From Candidatus Omnitrophota bacterium (GTDB lineage Bacteria; Omnitrophota; Gorgyraeia; Duberdicusellales; Duberdicusellaceae): 64,000 bases of DNA. Below are positions 1 through 9,746 of the stretch, one piece after another. Below the pieces are notes generated by a model, which saw nothing but the letters and a program-made list of their open reading frames with translations, made no database searches and had not been told where the DNA came from. The stretch covers positions 6,582 through 70,581 of the forward strand of contig JAGGWS010000072.1 in NCBI GenBank assembly GCA_021163425.1, in the 5' to 3' direction. A program made the translations under genes and the position numbers. Numbering within the stretch: the first letter of the stretch is position 1; every line of letters starts with the position of its first letter.

Positions 1-301
1 TCCTTCTCTGAAGGAAGGGTTCGGGTTTTCAGTTATTGAAGCCCAGTATATAGGAGTTCCAGTAATAGTTTCAAGAGCAGGGGGATTAGGAGAAATAGTA
101 GAGGATAAAGCAACTGGATTAGTAATAAATGAGATTAAACCTTCTGATTTATACGAGGCCATTAAATTAATTTTGAAAGATAGGAATTTAAGGGATAAGA
201 TAATTACTAACGCCCGGCAAAAGGTTGAAAGGGAGTTTCTTTTAGATAAGATGACTAAGGGTATTGAAAATGTGTATAGAGAAGTATTAAATGGAGGTTA
301 A
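1..301 (+). CDS. Glycosyltransferase family 4, C-terminal part (5'-truncated by window)
   Basis: Frame 2 reads PSLKEGFGFSVIEAQYIGVPVIVSRAGGLGEIV..., the GT4 EgFG-x4-EA motif; stop TAA at 299-301; absent from the ORF track. Confidence 0.85.
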   Translation, partial: PSLKEGFGFSVIEAQYIGVPVIVSRAGGLGEIVEDKATGLVINEIKPSDLYEAIKLILKDRNLRDKIITNARQKVEREFLLDKMTKGIENVYREVLNGG

Positions 302-305
302 AAAG

Positions 306-1070
306 ATGGATAAATTTAAGAAGTTTGTTTTATTCCCTTTATTAACCATAACTTTATTTTTCTCGGTTTTCTTTTTATTTCTTCAGATTAACTATTACCC
401 CCCAATTCTTATGTACCATTCTTTAGGAACTCCCCCGGTTGAAACCCCTCAGGTGGAAAAAGAGATATTTAAGCAACAGCTTAGGTATTTAAAAGAGCAT
501 GGTTTTAAGGTTATTTTAGTTGAGGAGTTAGCAGAGTCTATAAAAAAAAGAAAGATTGAGCGTAAGGTAGTGGCTATTACTTTTGATGATGGTTACAAGA
601 ATAATTTAGAGGCTGCAGAGCTTCTTAAAGAATTTGGTTTTCCGGCAACTATTTTTGTAATAGTTAATAAGATAAATGAAGAAGGCTACCTGGGAGAGGA
701 AGACCTAAAATATATTCTTGCCAATACTCCGGTTAATATAGGTTCCCACACTTTAAATCACAAGTATCTCCCTTCACTTTCTCTGTTTGAATTAGAGAAA
801 GAGATATTTTTGTCAAAGAAGATTCTAGAGAATATGTTAGGAAGAGAAATAAATGCTTTTTCCTATCCTTTGGGAGGATTCAACAGAGAAGCCTTAAAAA
901 TAGTAGAGAAGGCAGGATATAAATGTGGATTTACTACTAACCGGGGAAAAGGCAAAAATATTTTTGCCTTAAAAAGAATTAAAATTACTAATAATGATGT
1001 AGGGTTAAATCTTTGGGCTAAACTTTCTGGTTTTTATCATATCTTTAAACGAGCAAGGAGGCCTTACTAA
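306..1070 (+). CDS. Polysaccharide deacetylase (NodB/CE4) with N-terminal TM anchor
   Basis: ILMYH, ITFDDGY, IGSHTLNH and FSYPLG motifs; GGAGGT SD favours ATG 306 over 291. Confidence 0.88.
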   Translation: MDKFKKFVLFPLLTITLFFSVFFLFLQINYYPPILMYHSLGTPPVETPQVEKEIFKQQLRYLKEHGFKVILVEELAESIKKRKIERKVVAITFDDGYKNNLEAAELLKEFGFPATIFVIVNKINEEGYLGEEDLKYILANTPVNIGSHTLNHKYLPSLSLFELEKEIFLSKKILENMLGREINAFSYPLGGFNREALKIVEKAGYKCGFTTNRGKGKNIFALKRIKITNNDVGLNLWAKLSGFYHIFKRARRPY

Positions 1071-1132
1071 GAAGAGGTGGTTTTTAAGAAAAGTCTTAGC
1101 TTCTTATATGAAGGCCAACTCTTGGAGAGGAA

Positions 1133-2131
1133 ATGAAAAGGGTATTAATAGTTATGCCTAACTGGATAGGAGATTGTCTTTTAGCCTCTCCTTCTTTAAG
1201 GGCAGTTAAGGAGAGTGGTAAGGAATTTTTAGCTGTATTAGCTGAAGAAAGAGTTAGAGAAGTTTTTCGTAATAACCATTTTTTAGATGAACTTATAATC
1301 TTTAAAGACAGAAGATTTTTTAGACCCAAAGTTTTAAAAACCCTTATTTTGAGGGTTTCTTTGTTAAAGATTGATACAGCAATTTTGTTTAAACCTTCTT
1401 TTACTAAGTCTCTAATCTGTAAGCTTTCAGGGATAAAAGAGATAATTGGTTATAAGAGTAAAAAGATTAGTTTTATAAATAGAAAAATTCCCCCTCCTTC
1501 AGGAAATATCCACAAGATGGATTACTACTTAAATATCTTGGAGGCCATAGGTATAAAGACTAAGAAAACTCCAGAGTTTTTTGTGAAGGAAGAATATCTG
1601 CAAAAAGCTAAGAAATTCTTAGAAGGGGTCTCTCCAGAGAGAAAAAAAATAGTTATTCACCCTAAGGCTAACTGGCCTTTGAAGATGTGGCCTAAGAAAT
1701 ATTTTGCTGAACTTGCAGACAGGTTAATAGAGGAGTTAAATAGTGAAGTCTTAATAACCGGTTCAGCTGAAGATGAGGATTTAGCCCTTAGTATTTATAG
1801 ATTGATGAGAAATACTCCTCATATTTTAGCCGGTAAGACTAGTTTAGGAGAATTAGCTGGTTTATTAAAATTAGTAGATTTATTTATTTCTGCTGATACA
1901 GGGATAATGCACTTAGCTGCTAGTTTAAAGGTTCCTCTTATAGCTTTATTTGGACCTACTCTTCCTTCAATTAGTGGACCGCGGGGAGAGGGGTTTATTA
2001 AAGTGATTCACAAAGAAAAAGACTGTTTTCTTCCTTGCTATAACCTTAAATGTAAAGATAACCTTTGTATGAAAAAGATAACTCCTCAGCAAGTTTTAGA
2101 GGAAGTAAAGGATTTTTTAATTACAAAGTAA
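1133..2131 (+). CDS. waaF: LPS heptosyltransferase II (GT9)
   Basis: PNWIGD N-terminus, DTGIMHLAA, ALFGPT. Confidence 0.8.
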   Translation: MKRVLIVMPNWIGDCLLASPSLRAVKESGKEFLAVLAEERVREVFRNNHFLDELIIFKDRRFFRPKVLKTLILRVSLLKIDTAILFKPSFTKSLICKLSGIKEIIGYKSKKISFINRKIPPPSGNIHKMDYYLNILEAIGIKTKKTPEFFVKEEYLQKAKKFLEGVSPERKKIVIHPKANWPLKMWPKKYFAELADRLIEELNSEVLITGSAEDEDLALSIYRLMRNTPHILAGKTSLGELAGLLKLVDLFISADTGIMHLAASLKVPLIALFGPTLPSISGPRGEGFIKVIHKEKDCFLPCYNLKCKDNLCMKKITPQQVLEEVKDFLITK

Positions 2132-2140
2132 AGCTTAGAG

Positions 2141-3079
2141 ATGACAATAGGGATTAATTTTCCTACTAATATAGGAGATACAATTCTGGCTTTACCGGTC
2201 TTAGATACTTTAAAAGAAAATTTTTCTCAGGCAAAAATTACAGCTATTGCTTCTCCGAAAACGCAAGATTTATTGTTTAGAAATAGCTTTATAGATGAAG
2301 TTGTGTTATTTGATAAGAAGTGGAGCTGGAGGGAAAAAATAGCTTTTTCTTTCTCATTGAGGAAGAAGTTTGAATTATTTATAGATTTGAAAAATACTTT
2401 TCTCCCTGTTGTTTTAGCCCCTAAAAAGAGCACGCCTTTTTTGAGAATTCCTTCTAAAACTACCCATAAAAAAGATTATTATCTTTATCTTATTAAAAAT
2501 TTAATAAAGAGTAGCAATGGCCTTATAAAGAGTGAAGTTATTTTAGAGTCTCAAGAAAAAGAAAAATGGGTTAAACTTTTTTTAGAAAAAGATTATTTAT
2601 TTATAGCTACTTGTTCAGCCTCTTCTTTAAAACAGTATCCTTCTTCTTATTTAAAAGAAGTAGTTTATCAATTGAAAAGTAAATTTAAAATAGTCTTGTT
2701 AGGGAGAGAAGAAGACAGAGATTGTTATAAAGGTTTATTCAGTGAGGATGTTATTGATTTAGTAGGTAAGACTGAGATTTGGGAAGTTTTTTTTCTTCTA
2801 AAAAATTATGCTAAGGTTTTTTTAGGTGTGGATTCAAGCCTCTTACATATAGCCGGTTACTTAAATATTCCCATAGTAAGTATATTTGGCCCTACTTCTG
2901 AGAAATTATATGGGCCTTATTCTGAGAATTCCTTGATTTTAAAGAGAGAAAATTTAACCTGCCGGCCTTGTGGTAAAGCCCAATGTAGATTTAAGACTAA
3001 AGAGTGTATGAAGGTGGAACCACAAAAAGTTGTAGAAGCAGTATTAAAGATTAGCAATGTCCAGTGCCAATCTTCCTAA
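2141..3079 (+). CDS. GT9 family heptosyltransferase
   Basis: NIGDTILALP, DSSLLHIA, SIFGPT, C-terminal CRPC. Confidence 0.85.
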   Translation: MTIGINFPTNIGDTILALPVLDTLKENFSQAKITAIASPKTQDLLFRNSFIDEVVLFDKKWSWREKIAFSFSLRKKFELFIDLKNTFLPVVLAPKKSTPFLRIPSKTTHKKDYYLYLIKNLIKSSNGLIKSEVILESQEKEKWVKLFLEKDYLFIATCSASSLKQYPSSYLKEVVYQLKSKFKIVLLGREEDRDCYKGLFSEDVIDLVGKTEIWEVFFLLKNYAKVFLGVDSSLLHIAGYLNIPIVSIFGPTSEKLYGPYSENSLILKRENLTCRPCGKAQCRFKTKECMKVEPQKVVEAVLKISNVQCQSS

Positions 3080-4106
3080 ACCAGAGAAAATTTTAATTGT
3101 TCGGACTGATAGAATAGGGGATGTAGTTTTGTCTACGCCGGTTATAAGAAATTTGAGAGAGAATTTTCCTGAAAGTTATATTGCTTTTATGTGCAGGCCA
3201 TATACTAAAGATATCTTAGCAGGCAATCCTTACTTAGATGAAGTGATTGTCTATGATAAGTATGGAAAAGATAAAAGCTGGCTTAATTCTCTAAGATTTT
3301 CTTTCTCTTTAAGAAGAAAAAGATTTGACTGGGCAATAATTCTTCATTCCACAAACCGAGCTCACTTAATAACTTTTTTTGCTAATATCCCAGTAAGAGT
3401 AGGCTGGGATAAGAAGATGGGTTTTCTCCTTACTAAGAGAATTCCTCACCAGAAAGATAAGGGGGAGAAGCACGAGTTAGATTATAATTTAGAGCTTTTA
3501 AAAATTTTGGGTCTTAAGGTTTACTCTCGAGAAGTCTTTATCCCGGTATATAAAGATTCAGAAAAATGGGCAGAAGATTTTTTTAAAAATCACAATCTAG
3601 ATGCTGAAAGAGATAGGATTGTAGGTTTAGGGATTGGAGCGAGTTGTCCTTCTAAGGTATGGCCTCCTTCTTATTTTGCTCATTTAGCTAAACTTTTGAA
3701 GAAAGAGTTGGGGGTAAAGATTTTAGTTATTGCTGAAGAGAGAGAAAAAAACTTAACTGAGGGGTTTAAAGAGAATTTTAAAGAGGAATTTATAGACTTG
3801 ACGGGGAAGTTAAATTTGCCCAGAATATTTTCTTTATTCCGAAGGCTTTCTCTATTTATAGGAAATGATTCGGGATTAATCCATATAGGCTGGGGCTTAG
3901 GCTTAAGAGTTATTTCTATTTTTGGCAGAAATGATGCTGGCCTTTCTCCTCAGAGGTGGAAGCCTTTAGGTAGTAATTCTTATTATTTTCATAAAGATTT
4001 AGGGTGTAAACCCTGCCTAGCCCATAACTGTAAGAAGGGTTTTTTGTGTTTAAAGAGAATTTATCCTGAGGAGGTTTATTCCTTAGCCAAGAAATTGATT
4101 TGCTAA
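3057..4106 (+). CDS. GT9 family heptosyltransferase (WaaF/WaaQ-like)
   Basis: RTDRIGDVVLSTP, NDSGLIHI, CKPC. Confidence 0.88.
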   Translation: MSSANLPKPEKILIVRTDRIGDVVLSTPVIRNLRENFPESYIAFMCRPYTKDILAGNPYLDEVIVYDKYGKDKSWLNSLRFSFSLRRKRFDWAIILHSTNRAHLITFFANIPVRVGWDKKMGFLLTKRIPHQKDKGEKHELDYNLELLKILGLKVYSREVFIPVYKDSEKWAEDFFKNHNLDAERDRIVGLGIGASCPSKVWPPSYFAHLAKLLKKELGVKILVIAEEREKNLTEGFKENFKEEFIDLTGKLNLPRIFSLFRRLSLFIGNDSGLIHIGWGLGLRVISIFGRNDAGLSPQRWKPLGSNSYYFHKDLGCKPCLAHNCKKGFLCLKRIYPEEVYSLAKKLIC

Positions 4107-4128
4107 CTCCTTATTTATATGATAAAAT
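4100..4128 (+). promoter_or_regulatory. Putative sigma70 promoter for the hldE-kds cluster
   Basis: TTGCTA (4100-4105), 17 nt spacer, TAAAAT (4123-4128) with extended -10 TG. Confidence 0.55.
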
Positions 4129-4196
4129 CACTTTTCAATGAACTCTAAATTATATCCTCTTATTTATCAGTTAATTATAAGTAGTTAAATTTTTAG

Positions 4197-5216
4197 ATGA
4201 AAAAGTATTTAAATAAAGAAAGACTCCTAAATTTGATAAGTAAGTTTAAAAAGGCTAAACCTTTAGTCATAGGAGATATAATCTTAGACCATTATATCTG
4301 GGGTAAGGCAGAAAGGCTTTCACCTGAAGCTCCAGTTCCGGTAGTCTGGGCTAACCGGGAGAATTATCTTTTAGGAGGAGCAGGAAATGTAGCTTACAAT
4401 CTTTCTTCTTTGGGAGCAAAAGTGAGTCTGGCTGGAGTAATAGGAAAAGATTTTTATGGAAACCAAGTTTTAACTCTTCTTAAAAAAGAGAAAGTAAAGA
4501 GTGAATCTGTATTTGTGAGTAAAGATAGGCCTACTACTTTAAAGAGCCGGGTTATTGCTCAGCATCAGCAGGTAGTAAGAATAGACTGGGAGAGTCCTGA
4601 GGAAATTTCTTTAAATCTTAGCCGAAAGATAATAAACTTTGTAAAAAAGAATATTGATAAATTTTCTTCTATAATCATAGAGGATTATGCTAAAGGTGTG
4701 ATAAATCCTTATCTTTTAGCAGAGTTAGTCTCTTTAGCCAAGAAGAAGAAAAAAGTTATTACTGTTGACCCTAAAGAAGAACATTTTGATTATTATCAAG
4801 AAGTTACTGCTCTTACTCCCAACCTGAAAGAAGCCCAATACGGAGCAAATTTTAAAGTTAAGAAGAAAGAAGACTTAAATCTTTTAGGAAATATCTTGAG
4901 AGAGAGGTGTAAACCTGAAGCTTTATTAATTACCTTAGGAGAGGAAGGGATGAGAATTTTTCTTAAGAAAGGTGAGGTCTTCCATTTTCCTGCTTACGCC
5001 TTAGAAGTTTTTGATGTTTCGGGAGCCGGAGATACAGTTGTTGCTGTGTTTACTCTGGCTTTGTCAGTGGGAGCCTCTTTTTTAGAAGCAGGGTTTTTGG
5101 CTAATCTTTCAGCGGGGATTGTAGTGGGTAAGTTAGGAGTAGCTGGAGTTTCTCCTTCAGAACTTATTCAACGACTCAATAGTTTTCCTAAGGTTGATAT
5201 TCAAAAGATAGCTTAA
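4197..5216 (+). CDS. rfaE1: D-glycero-beta-D-manno-heptose-7-phosphate kinase (RfaE domain I, PfkB family)
   Basis: RLSPEAPVPVV, GGAGNVA, DYAKG, DVSGAGDTV. Confidence 0.92.
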   Translation: MKKYLNKERLLNLISKFKKAKPLVIGDIILDHYIWGKAERLSPEAPVPVVWANRENYLLGGAGNVAYNLSSLGAKVSLAGVIGKDFYGNQVLTLLKKEKVKSESVFVSKDRPTTLKSRVIAQHQQVVRIDWESPEEISLNLSRKIINFVKKNIDKFSSIIIEDYAKGVINPYLLAELVSLAKKKKKVITVDPKEEHFDYYQEVTALTPNLKEAQYGANFKVKKKEDLNLLGNILRERCKPEALLITLGEEGMRIFLKKGEVFHFPAYALEVFDVSGAGDTVVAVFTLALSVGASFLEAGFLANLSAGIVVGKLGVAGVSPSELIQRLNSFPKVDIQKIA

Positions 5217-5228
5217 ATTATAGAATAA

Positions 5229-5966
5229 ATGGAAGTGTTAGGAGTTATTCCGGCAAGACTTTCTTCTCAGAGGTTGCCTGGTAAGCTTTTAAGAAAGGTT
5301 TTAGGAAAGACTATCTTAGAGTGGACCTGGTCTCAGGCTAAAAAGGCTAAAAATTTAGAAGACTTAATAATTGCTGTTGATTGTGAAGAATTAAAAGAGG
5401 AAGCTGAAAATTTTGGAGCAAAAGTTGTATTGACTTCACCTGAGCATTCTTCAGGCACAGAAAGGATTTGTGAGGCAGTATCATCTATAGATACCCGGAT
5501 TGTAGTAAATATCCAGGCTGACGAACCCTTAATTCATCCTTCAGTTATTGATTCTTTAGTAGAAAATATGCTTTCTGGAGAGGGGCTAACTATGACTACT
5601 CCTATAAAAGAGATTGAAGATGAAGAAGAGTTAACTGACCCTAATATAGTGAAAGTGGTAATAGATAGAGATAATTTTGCTTTATATTTTTCCCGGACGA
5701 CCATCCCTTTTTTAAGAAATAAAGATTTTAACCCCACTTATTTTAAACATTTAGGAATCTATGCTTATACTAAAGATTTTCTCTATGTATTTAAAAATTT
5801 GCCTCCTTCTTTATTGGAAAGGGCGGAAAAACTTGAACAATTAAGAGTTTTAGAGGCTGGATTTAAGATTAAGACAGTAATTACCAATTTTGATTCTTAC
5901 GGAGTAGATACTGAAAAAGATTTAGAAAAAGTAGAAAGAGTTTTAATTGAGAAAGGTTATGCCTAA
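5229..5966 (+). CDS. kdsB: 3-deoxy-manno-octulosonate cytidylyltransferase
   Basis: IPARLSSQRLPGK, SGTER, NIQADEP, EKLEQLR. Confidence 0.96.
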   Translation: MEVLGVIPARLSSQRLPGKLLRKVLGKTILEWTWSQAKKAKNLEDLIIAVDCEELKEEAENFGAKVVLTSPEHSSGTERICEAVSSIDTRIVVNIQADEPLIHPSVIDSLVENMLSGEGLTMTTPIKEIEDEEELTDPNIVKVVIDRDNFALYFSRTTIPFLRNKDFNPTYFKHLGIYAYTKDFLYVFKNLPPSLLERAEKLEQLRVLEAGFKIKTVITNFDSYGVDTEKDLEKVERVLIEKGYA

Positions 5967-6750
5967 AGAAGAGAAAAAGTTTATTTTAATTGCTGGGCCT
6001 TGTGTAATAGAAGAGGAAAGGTTAACTTTTAAGATTGCCCAGCAACTTAAAGAGATTACAGCTGATTTTCCTTTACATTTTATATTCAAAGCCAGTTTTG
6101 ATAAAGCTAATAGAACAAGACTTAATTCTTTTCGTGGTCCAGGTTTAGAAAAAGGGCTAACTATTCTTAAAAAGATAAAAGATAAGCTAAAGATACCAGT
6201 GTTAAGCGATGTGCATTGTGTCACTCAAATAAAATTAGCAGAGAAAGTTTTAGATGTTATTCAGATACCTGCTTTTCTTTGTCGGCAGACAGACCTTGTC
6301 TTAGAAGCTGCTCGCACTAAGAAAACCATAAATATTAAAAAAGGACAATTTCTTTCTCCCTATGATGTAAAGTATATAATAGAGAAAGTTGAGTCTACTC
6401 ATAATAAAAACATTTTGCTTACTGAAAGGGGGACTTTTTTTGGCTACAATAATTTAGTAGTTGATTTCCGTTCTTTTGGTATTTTGAAGTCTTTTGGGTA
6501 TCCGGTAATATTTGATGTTACTCATTCTTTACAACGTCCTTCAGCTAATCGGGGAGTTTCTGGTGGAGAAAGAAAGTTTGTAGTGCCTTTAGGAAGAGCA
6601 GCAGTGTCTTTTGGGGTTGATGGTATTTTTTGTGAAGTTCATCCTCAACCTCAAAAAGCTTTATCTGATAAATATACTTCTATTAATTTTAAAACATTAG
6701 AAAAACTTCTTAAAGATATTTTTAGAATAAGAAAGGTTATCCGTGAGTAA
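5959..6750 (+). CDS. kdsA: KDO-8-phosphate synthase
   Basis: AGPCVIE, KASFDKANRT, QIPAFLCRQT, KKGQF; ATG 5959 preferred to TTG 5947. Confidence 0.96.
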   Translation: MPKEEKKFILIAGPCVIEEERLTFKIAQQLKEITADFPLHFIFKASFDKANRTRLNSFRGPGLEKGLTILKKIKDKLKIPVLSDVHCVTQIKLAEKVLDVIQIPAFLCRQTDLVLEAARTKKTINIKKGQFLSPYDVKYIIEKVESTHNKNILLTERGTFFGYNNLVVDFRSFGILKSFGYPVIFDVTHSLQRPSANRGVSGGERKFVVPLGRAAVSFGVDGIFCEVHPQPQKALSDKYTSINFKTLEKLLKDIFRIRKVIRE

Positions 6751-7723
6751 TAAAGACAAGAAGATAATAGACTGGGCAAAAGAGGTTCTTAAAATTGAGG
6801 TTGAAGCTATCTTAGGTATTTTAGAAAGATTAAATAAAGAGTTTATCAAGGCTATAGAAATTCTTAAGTCCTGTAAAGGAAAAGTTGTAGCTACGGGGAT
6901 GGGTAAAGCCGGGATAATTGCTCAAAAGTTTTCTGCTACTCTTTCTTCAACAGGGACTACTTCTATCTGGCTGCATCCTGCTGAAGCAGTTCACGGAGAT
7001 TTAGGAAGGGTGTTGAAGGAAGATATAGTAGTTATTTTTTCTTATAGTGGAGAGACTGAAGAGATAAAGGGGCTTTTGCCTTTTCTCAAAAAAATTGGCT
7101 CAAAGATAATCTCTTTTACCGGCAATAAAAATTCCTGTTTAGCTCAATATTCGGATGTAACCTTAGATGTTAAGGTAGAGAGGGAGGCTTGTCCTTTAGG
7201 GCTTGCTCCCACTACTTCTACCACTGTAATGTTGGCTTTGGCTGATAGTGTAGCTGTGGTTCTTCAAAGGTTAAAAGGATTTAAGGAGAAAGACTTTGCT
7301 TTTTTTCATCCCAAAGGGAGTTTAGGGAGAAAGCTTTTGTTAAGAGTGGAAGACTGTATGCGTAAAGGAAGAGAGAATCCTTTAGTGAGAGAGGATACCC
7401 CTGTTTCTAAAGTTTTAGTAGCCATTACTCAGGCCAGAGCTGGAGCAGCTGTAGTTATAGATAAAAATAAAAAAGTTTTAGGAATTTTTACTGATGGTGA
7501 TTTGAGAAGGCATTTAGAAGAAGACCCTAACCTTCCCAAGAGAAAGATTCACGAAGTAATGACTAAGACTCCGGTAGTAGTCAGTAAGGATATTTTGGCT
7601 ACTGAAGCTATGAGGATTATGGAGGAGAAAAAGATTGATGAAGTTCCAGTGGTAGATAAAAAAGGGAGAGTCGTAGGGTTGTTAGATGTTCAGGATTTAC
7701 TGAGAGCAGGCATAGTTTTATAA
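6743..7723 (+). CDS. kdsD: Arabinose-5-phosphate isomerase (KpsF/GutQ; SIS domain + 2 CBS)
   Basis: GMGKAG, EAVHGDLG, EACPLGLAPTTST, HPKGSLG. Confidence 0.95.
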   Translation: MSNKDKKIIDWAKEVLKIEVEAILGILERLNKEFIKAIEILKSCKGKVVATGMGKAGIIAQKFSATLSSTGTTSIWLHPAEAVHGDLGRVLKEDIVVIFSYSGETEEIKGLLPFLKKIGSKIISFTGNKNSCLAQYSDVTLDVKVEREACPLGLAPTTSTTVMLALADSVAVVLQRLKGFKEKDFAFFHPKGSLGRKLLLRVEDCMRKGRENPLVREDTPVSKVLVAITQARAGAAVVIDKNKKVLGIFTDGDLRRHLEEDPNLPKRKIHEVMTKTPVVVSKDILATEAMRIMEEKKIDEVPVVDKKGRVVGLLDVQDLLRAGIVL

Positions 7724-7731
7724 TTGAAGAA

Positions 7732-8232
7732 ATGATTAGAGAAGATATTGTAAAAAAGGCAAAAAAGATAAGACTTTTAATTTTAGATGTGGATGGGGTT
7801 TTAACTGAAGGCAGTATTATTTATGATAACAAAGGCAGAGAGCTTAGAATTTTTAATGTTAAAGATGGATTAGGGGTGTTTTTGCTTACTCAGAGAGGAT
7901 TTCCAGTGGTTATTTTGACTGCTAAAGATTCTAAGATTGTAAAGAAAAGAGCCAGGGATATGGGCATAAATGATGTTTTTTCAGGGTATCCCAAAGAAGA
8001 AGTTTTAGATAAGATAATTAAAAAATATAAAGTAGGTTTGGAAGAAGTTGCTTTTGTGGGAGATGACCTTATTGATATAGAAGTAGCCAAAAGAGTAGGC
8101 TTCTCAATTGCAGTTAACGATGCAGCCGAAGACCTTAAGAAAACAGTTGATTTTGTAACTGAAAATAAAGGAGGCAAAGGAGCAGTAAGAGAAGTTACTG
8201 AAATTATTCTTCAGGCTAAAGGTTTTAAATAA
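7732..8232 (+). CDS. kdsC: KDO-8-phosphate phosphatase (HAD family)
   Basis: LDVDGVLT, FNVKDGLG, GDDLID, GGKGAVRE. Confidence 0.95.
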   Translation: MIREDIVKKAKKIRLLILDVDGVLTEGSIIYDNKGRELRIFNVKDGLGVFLLTQRGFPVVILTAKDSKIVKKRARDMGINDVFSGYPKEEVLDKIIKKYKVGLEEVAFVGDDLIDIEVAKRVGFSIAVNDAAEDLKKTVDFVTENKGGKGAVREVTEIILQAKGFK

Positions 8233-8285
8233 AATTTAAGAATTGTTTAAGTTTTTAGTAGGTTTGAGAAAAGTAGAAAGGGAGA

Positions 8286-9164
8286 ATGAGTCTTTTAAAA
8301 GAGAAGTTAGAGAAAGGCGAATTTGTGATAACTTCTGAGATTGGCCCTCCCAAAGGAGTAAATATAAAGCCTTACTTAGAAGAGGCAGATAAGTTAAGGG
8401 GAAGAGTTACTGCTATAAATGTTACTGATATTCAGTCAGGAGTAATGAGACTGGGTTCTTTAGCGGTTTGTCATCTTTTAAAAGAAAGAGGGATTGAGCC
8501 AGTTTATCAGTTAGTAACCCGGCACAGAAATAGACTTGCTCTCCAATCGGATCTATTAAGTGCTTATGTTTTGGGAGTTGAGAATGTTTTGTGTTTAACC
8601 GGCGACCACCCTGCTTTAGGAGACCATCCTCAGGCAAAACCTGTTTACGATTTAGATTCAGTCCAATTATTAGAGGCAGCTAAAAGGCTTAATGAGGGAG
8701 AAGATATGGCAGGGAATCCCTTAGAAGGTAAGCCTCAGTTATTTTTGGGCGCAGTAGTTAATCCGGGAATAGAGCCTTTAGAACCTGAGATTATAAGAAT
8801 GAAGAAGAAAATATCCGCAGGTGCGCGGTTTTTTCAGACTCAACCTGTATATGAGGTTGATAAGTTTGCTAAGTTTGTAGAGAAAGTAAAGGATTTAAAA
8901 GTTCCCATATTAGCTGGTATAGTTCTTTTAAAATCTGCTAAGATGGCTAAGTATATGAATGAGAATGTTCCCGGAATAAATGTGCCTCAGGAGTTGATAG
9001 AGGAGATGGCTTCTCTTTCTAAAGAAGACAGACCCAAAAAATCAATAGAGATAGCAGTAAGACTTATTAGAAAGCTTAAGCCTTTGTGTCAGGGTATTCA
9101 TATTATGCCTTTAGGCTGGGGTAGGTATGTTCCTGGTGTTTTAAAAGGAGCAGGCTTGGTCTGA
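8286..9164 (+). CDS. metF: 5,10-methylenetetrahydrofolate reductase
   Basis: SEIGPPKG, RHRNRLALQS, CLTGDH, FFQTQ, GIHIM. Confidence 0.9.
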   Translation: MSLLKEKLEKGEFVITSEIGPPKGVNIKPYLEEADKLRGRVTAINVTDIQSGVMRLGSLAVCHLLKERGIEPVYQLVTRHRNRLALQSDLLSAYVLGVENVLCLTGDHPALGDHPQAKPVYDLDSVQLLEAAKRLNEGEDMAGNPLEGKPQLFLGAVVNPGIEPLEPEIIRMKKKISAGARFFQTQPVYEVDKFAKFVEKVKDLKVPILAGIVLLKSAKMAKYMNENVPGINVPQELIEEMASLSKEDRPKKSIEIAVRLIRKLKPLCQGIHIMPLGWGRYVPGVLKGAGLV

Positions 9165-9322
9165 ATGTATAGTGTTGGTAGTATTTTGAGAATGGGAAGT
9201 AATAGAGAAATATTAAAAACATTTAGGCAAGCTTGCAACTAGTGGTTTACATAAGGCAGTAAATACTGGTAATTTGTTAGGCATCTTATTTAGGTGCCTG
9301 TAAATAATAATAGTTAAGAGTT

Positions 9323-9739
9323 ATGGTAGTTAGAGAAGAGATTTCTTTAAGGACAAAAGGGTTTACTGATATTATTGATATTACTGAAAAAGTTCAGAAG
9401 AGTTTAGAGGAGACAAATTTAAAGGAAGGTATATTAACAGTTTTTGTTCCCGGTTCAACTGGAGGTTTAACTACTTTAGAGTATGAGCCCGGCCTCATCT
9501 CTGATCTTAAGAAGGCTTTAGAAGTTATAGCCCCTCAAAGAGGAGATTATGAGCATAATCGGAGATGGCAGGATGGGAATGGTTTTTCTCACATCCGTTC
9601 AGCTTTAATTGGCCCTTCTTTAACTGTACCCTTTTCTAAAGGAAGACTTACCTTAGGCACCTGGCAGCAGATTGTCTTTATTGATTTTGATAATCGTCCG
9701 CGTTCCAGAACTTTAATTATTCAAATTATTGGAGAATAG
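9323..9739 (+). CDS. yjbQ: YjbQ/UPF0047 family protein
   Basis: GSTGG, NGFSHIRS, LGTWQQI-x3-DFD. Confidence 0.92.
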   Translation: MVVREEISLRTKGFTDIIDITEKVQKSLEETNLKEGILTVFVPGSTGGLTTLEYEPGLISDLKKALEVIAPQRGDYEHNRRWQDGNGFSHIRSALIGPSLTVPFSKGRLTLGTWQQIVFIDFDNRPRSRTLIIQIIGE

Positions 9740-9746
9740 TTTAATT

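Noticed and set aside
9189-9201. THF riboswitch after metF
   Set aside because: Only GAATGGGAAGT resembles the aptamer; the flanking conserved segments and pseudoknot are missing, and it lies downstream of metF. Kept only as an unclassified structure.
9165-9242. 25-aa ORF MYSVGSILRMGSNREILKTFRQACN
   Set aside because: Short, no motif and no independent support.
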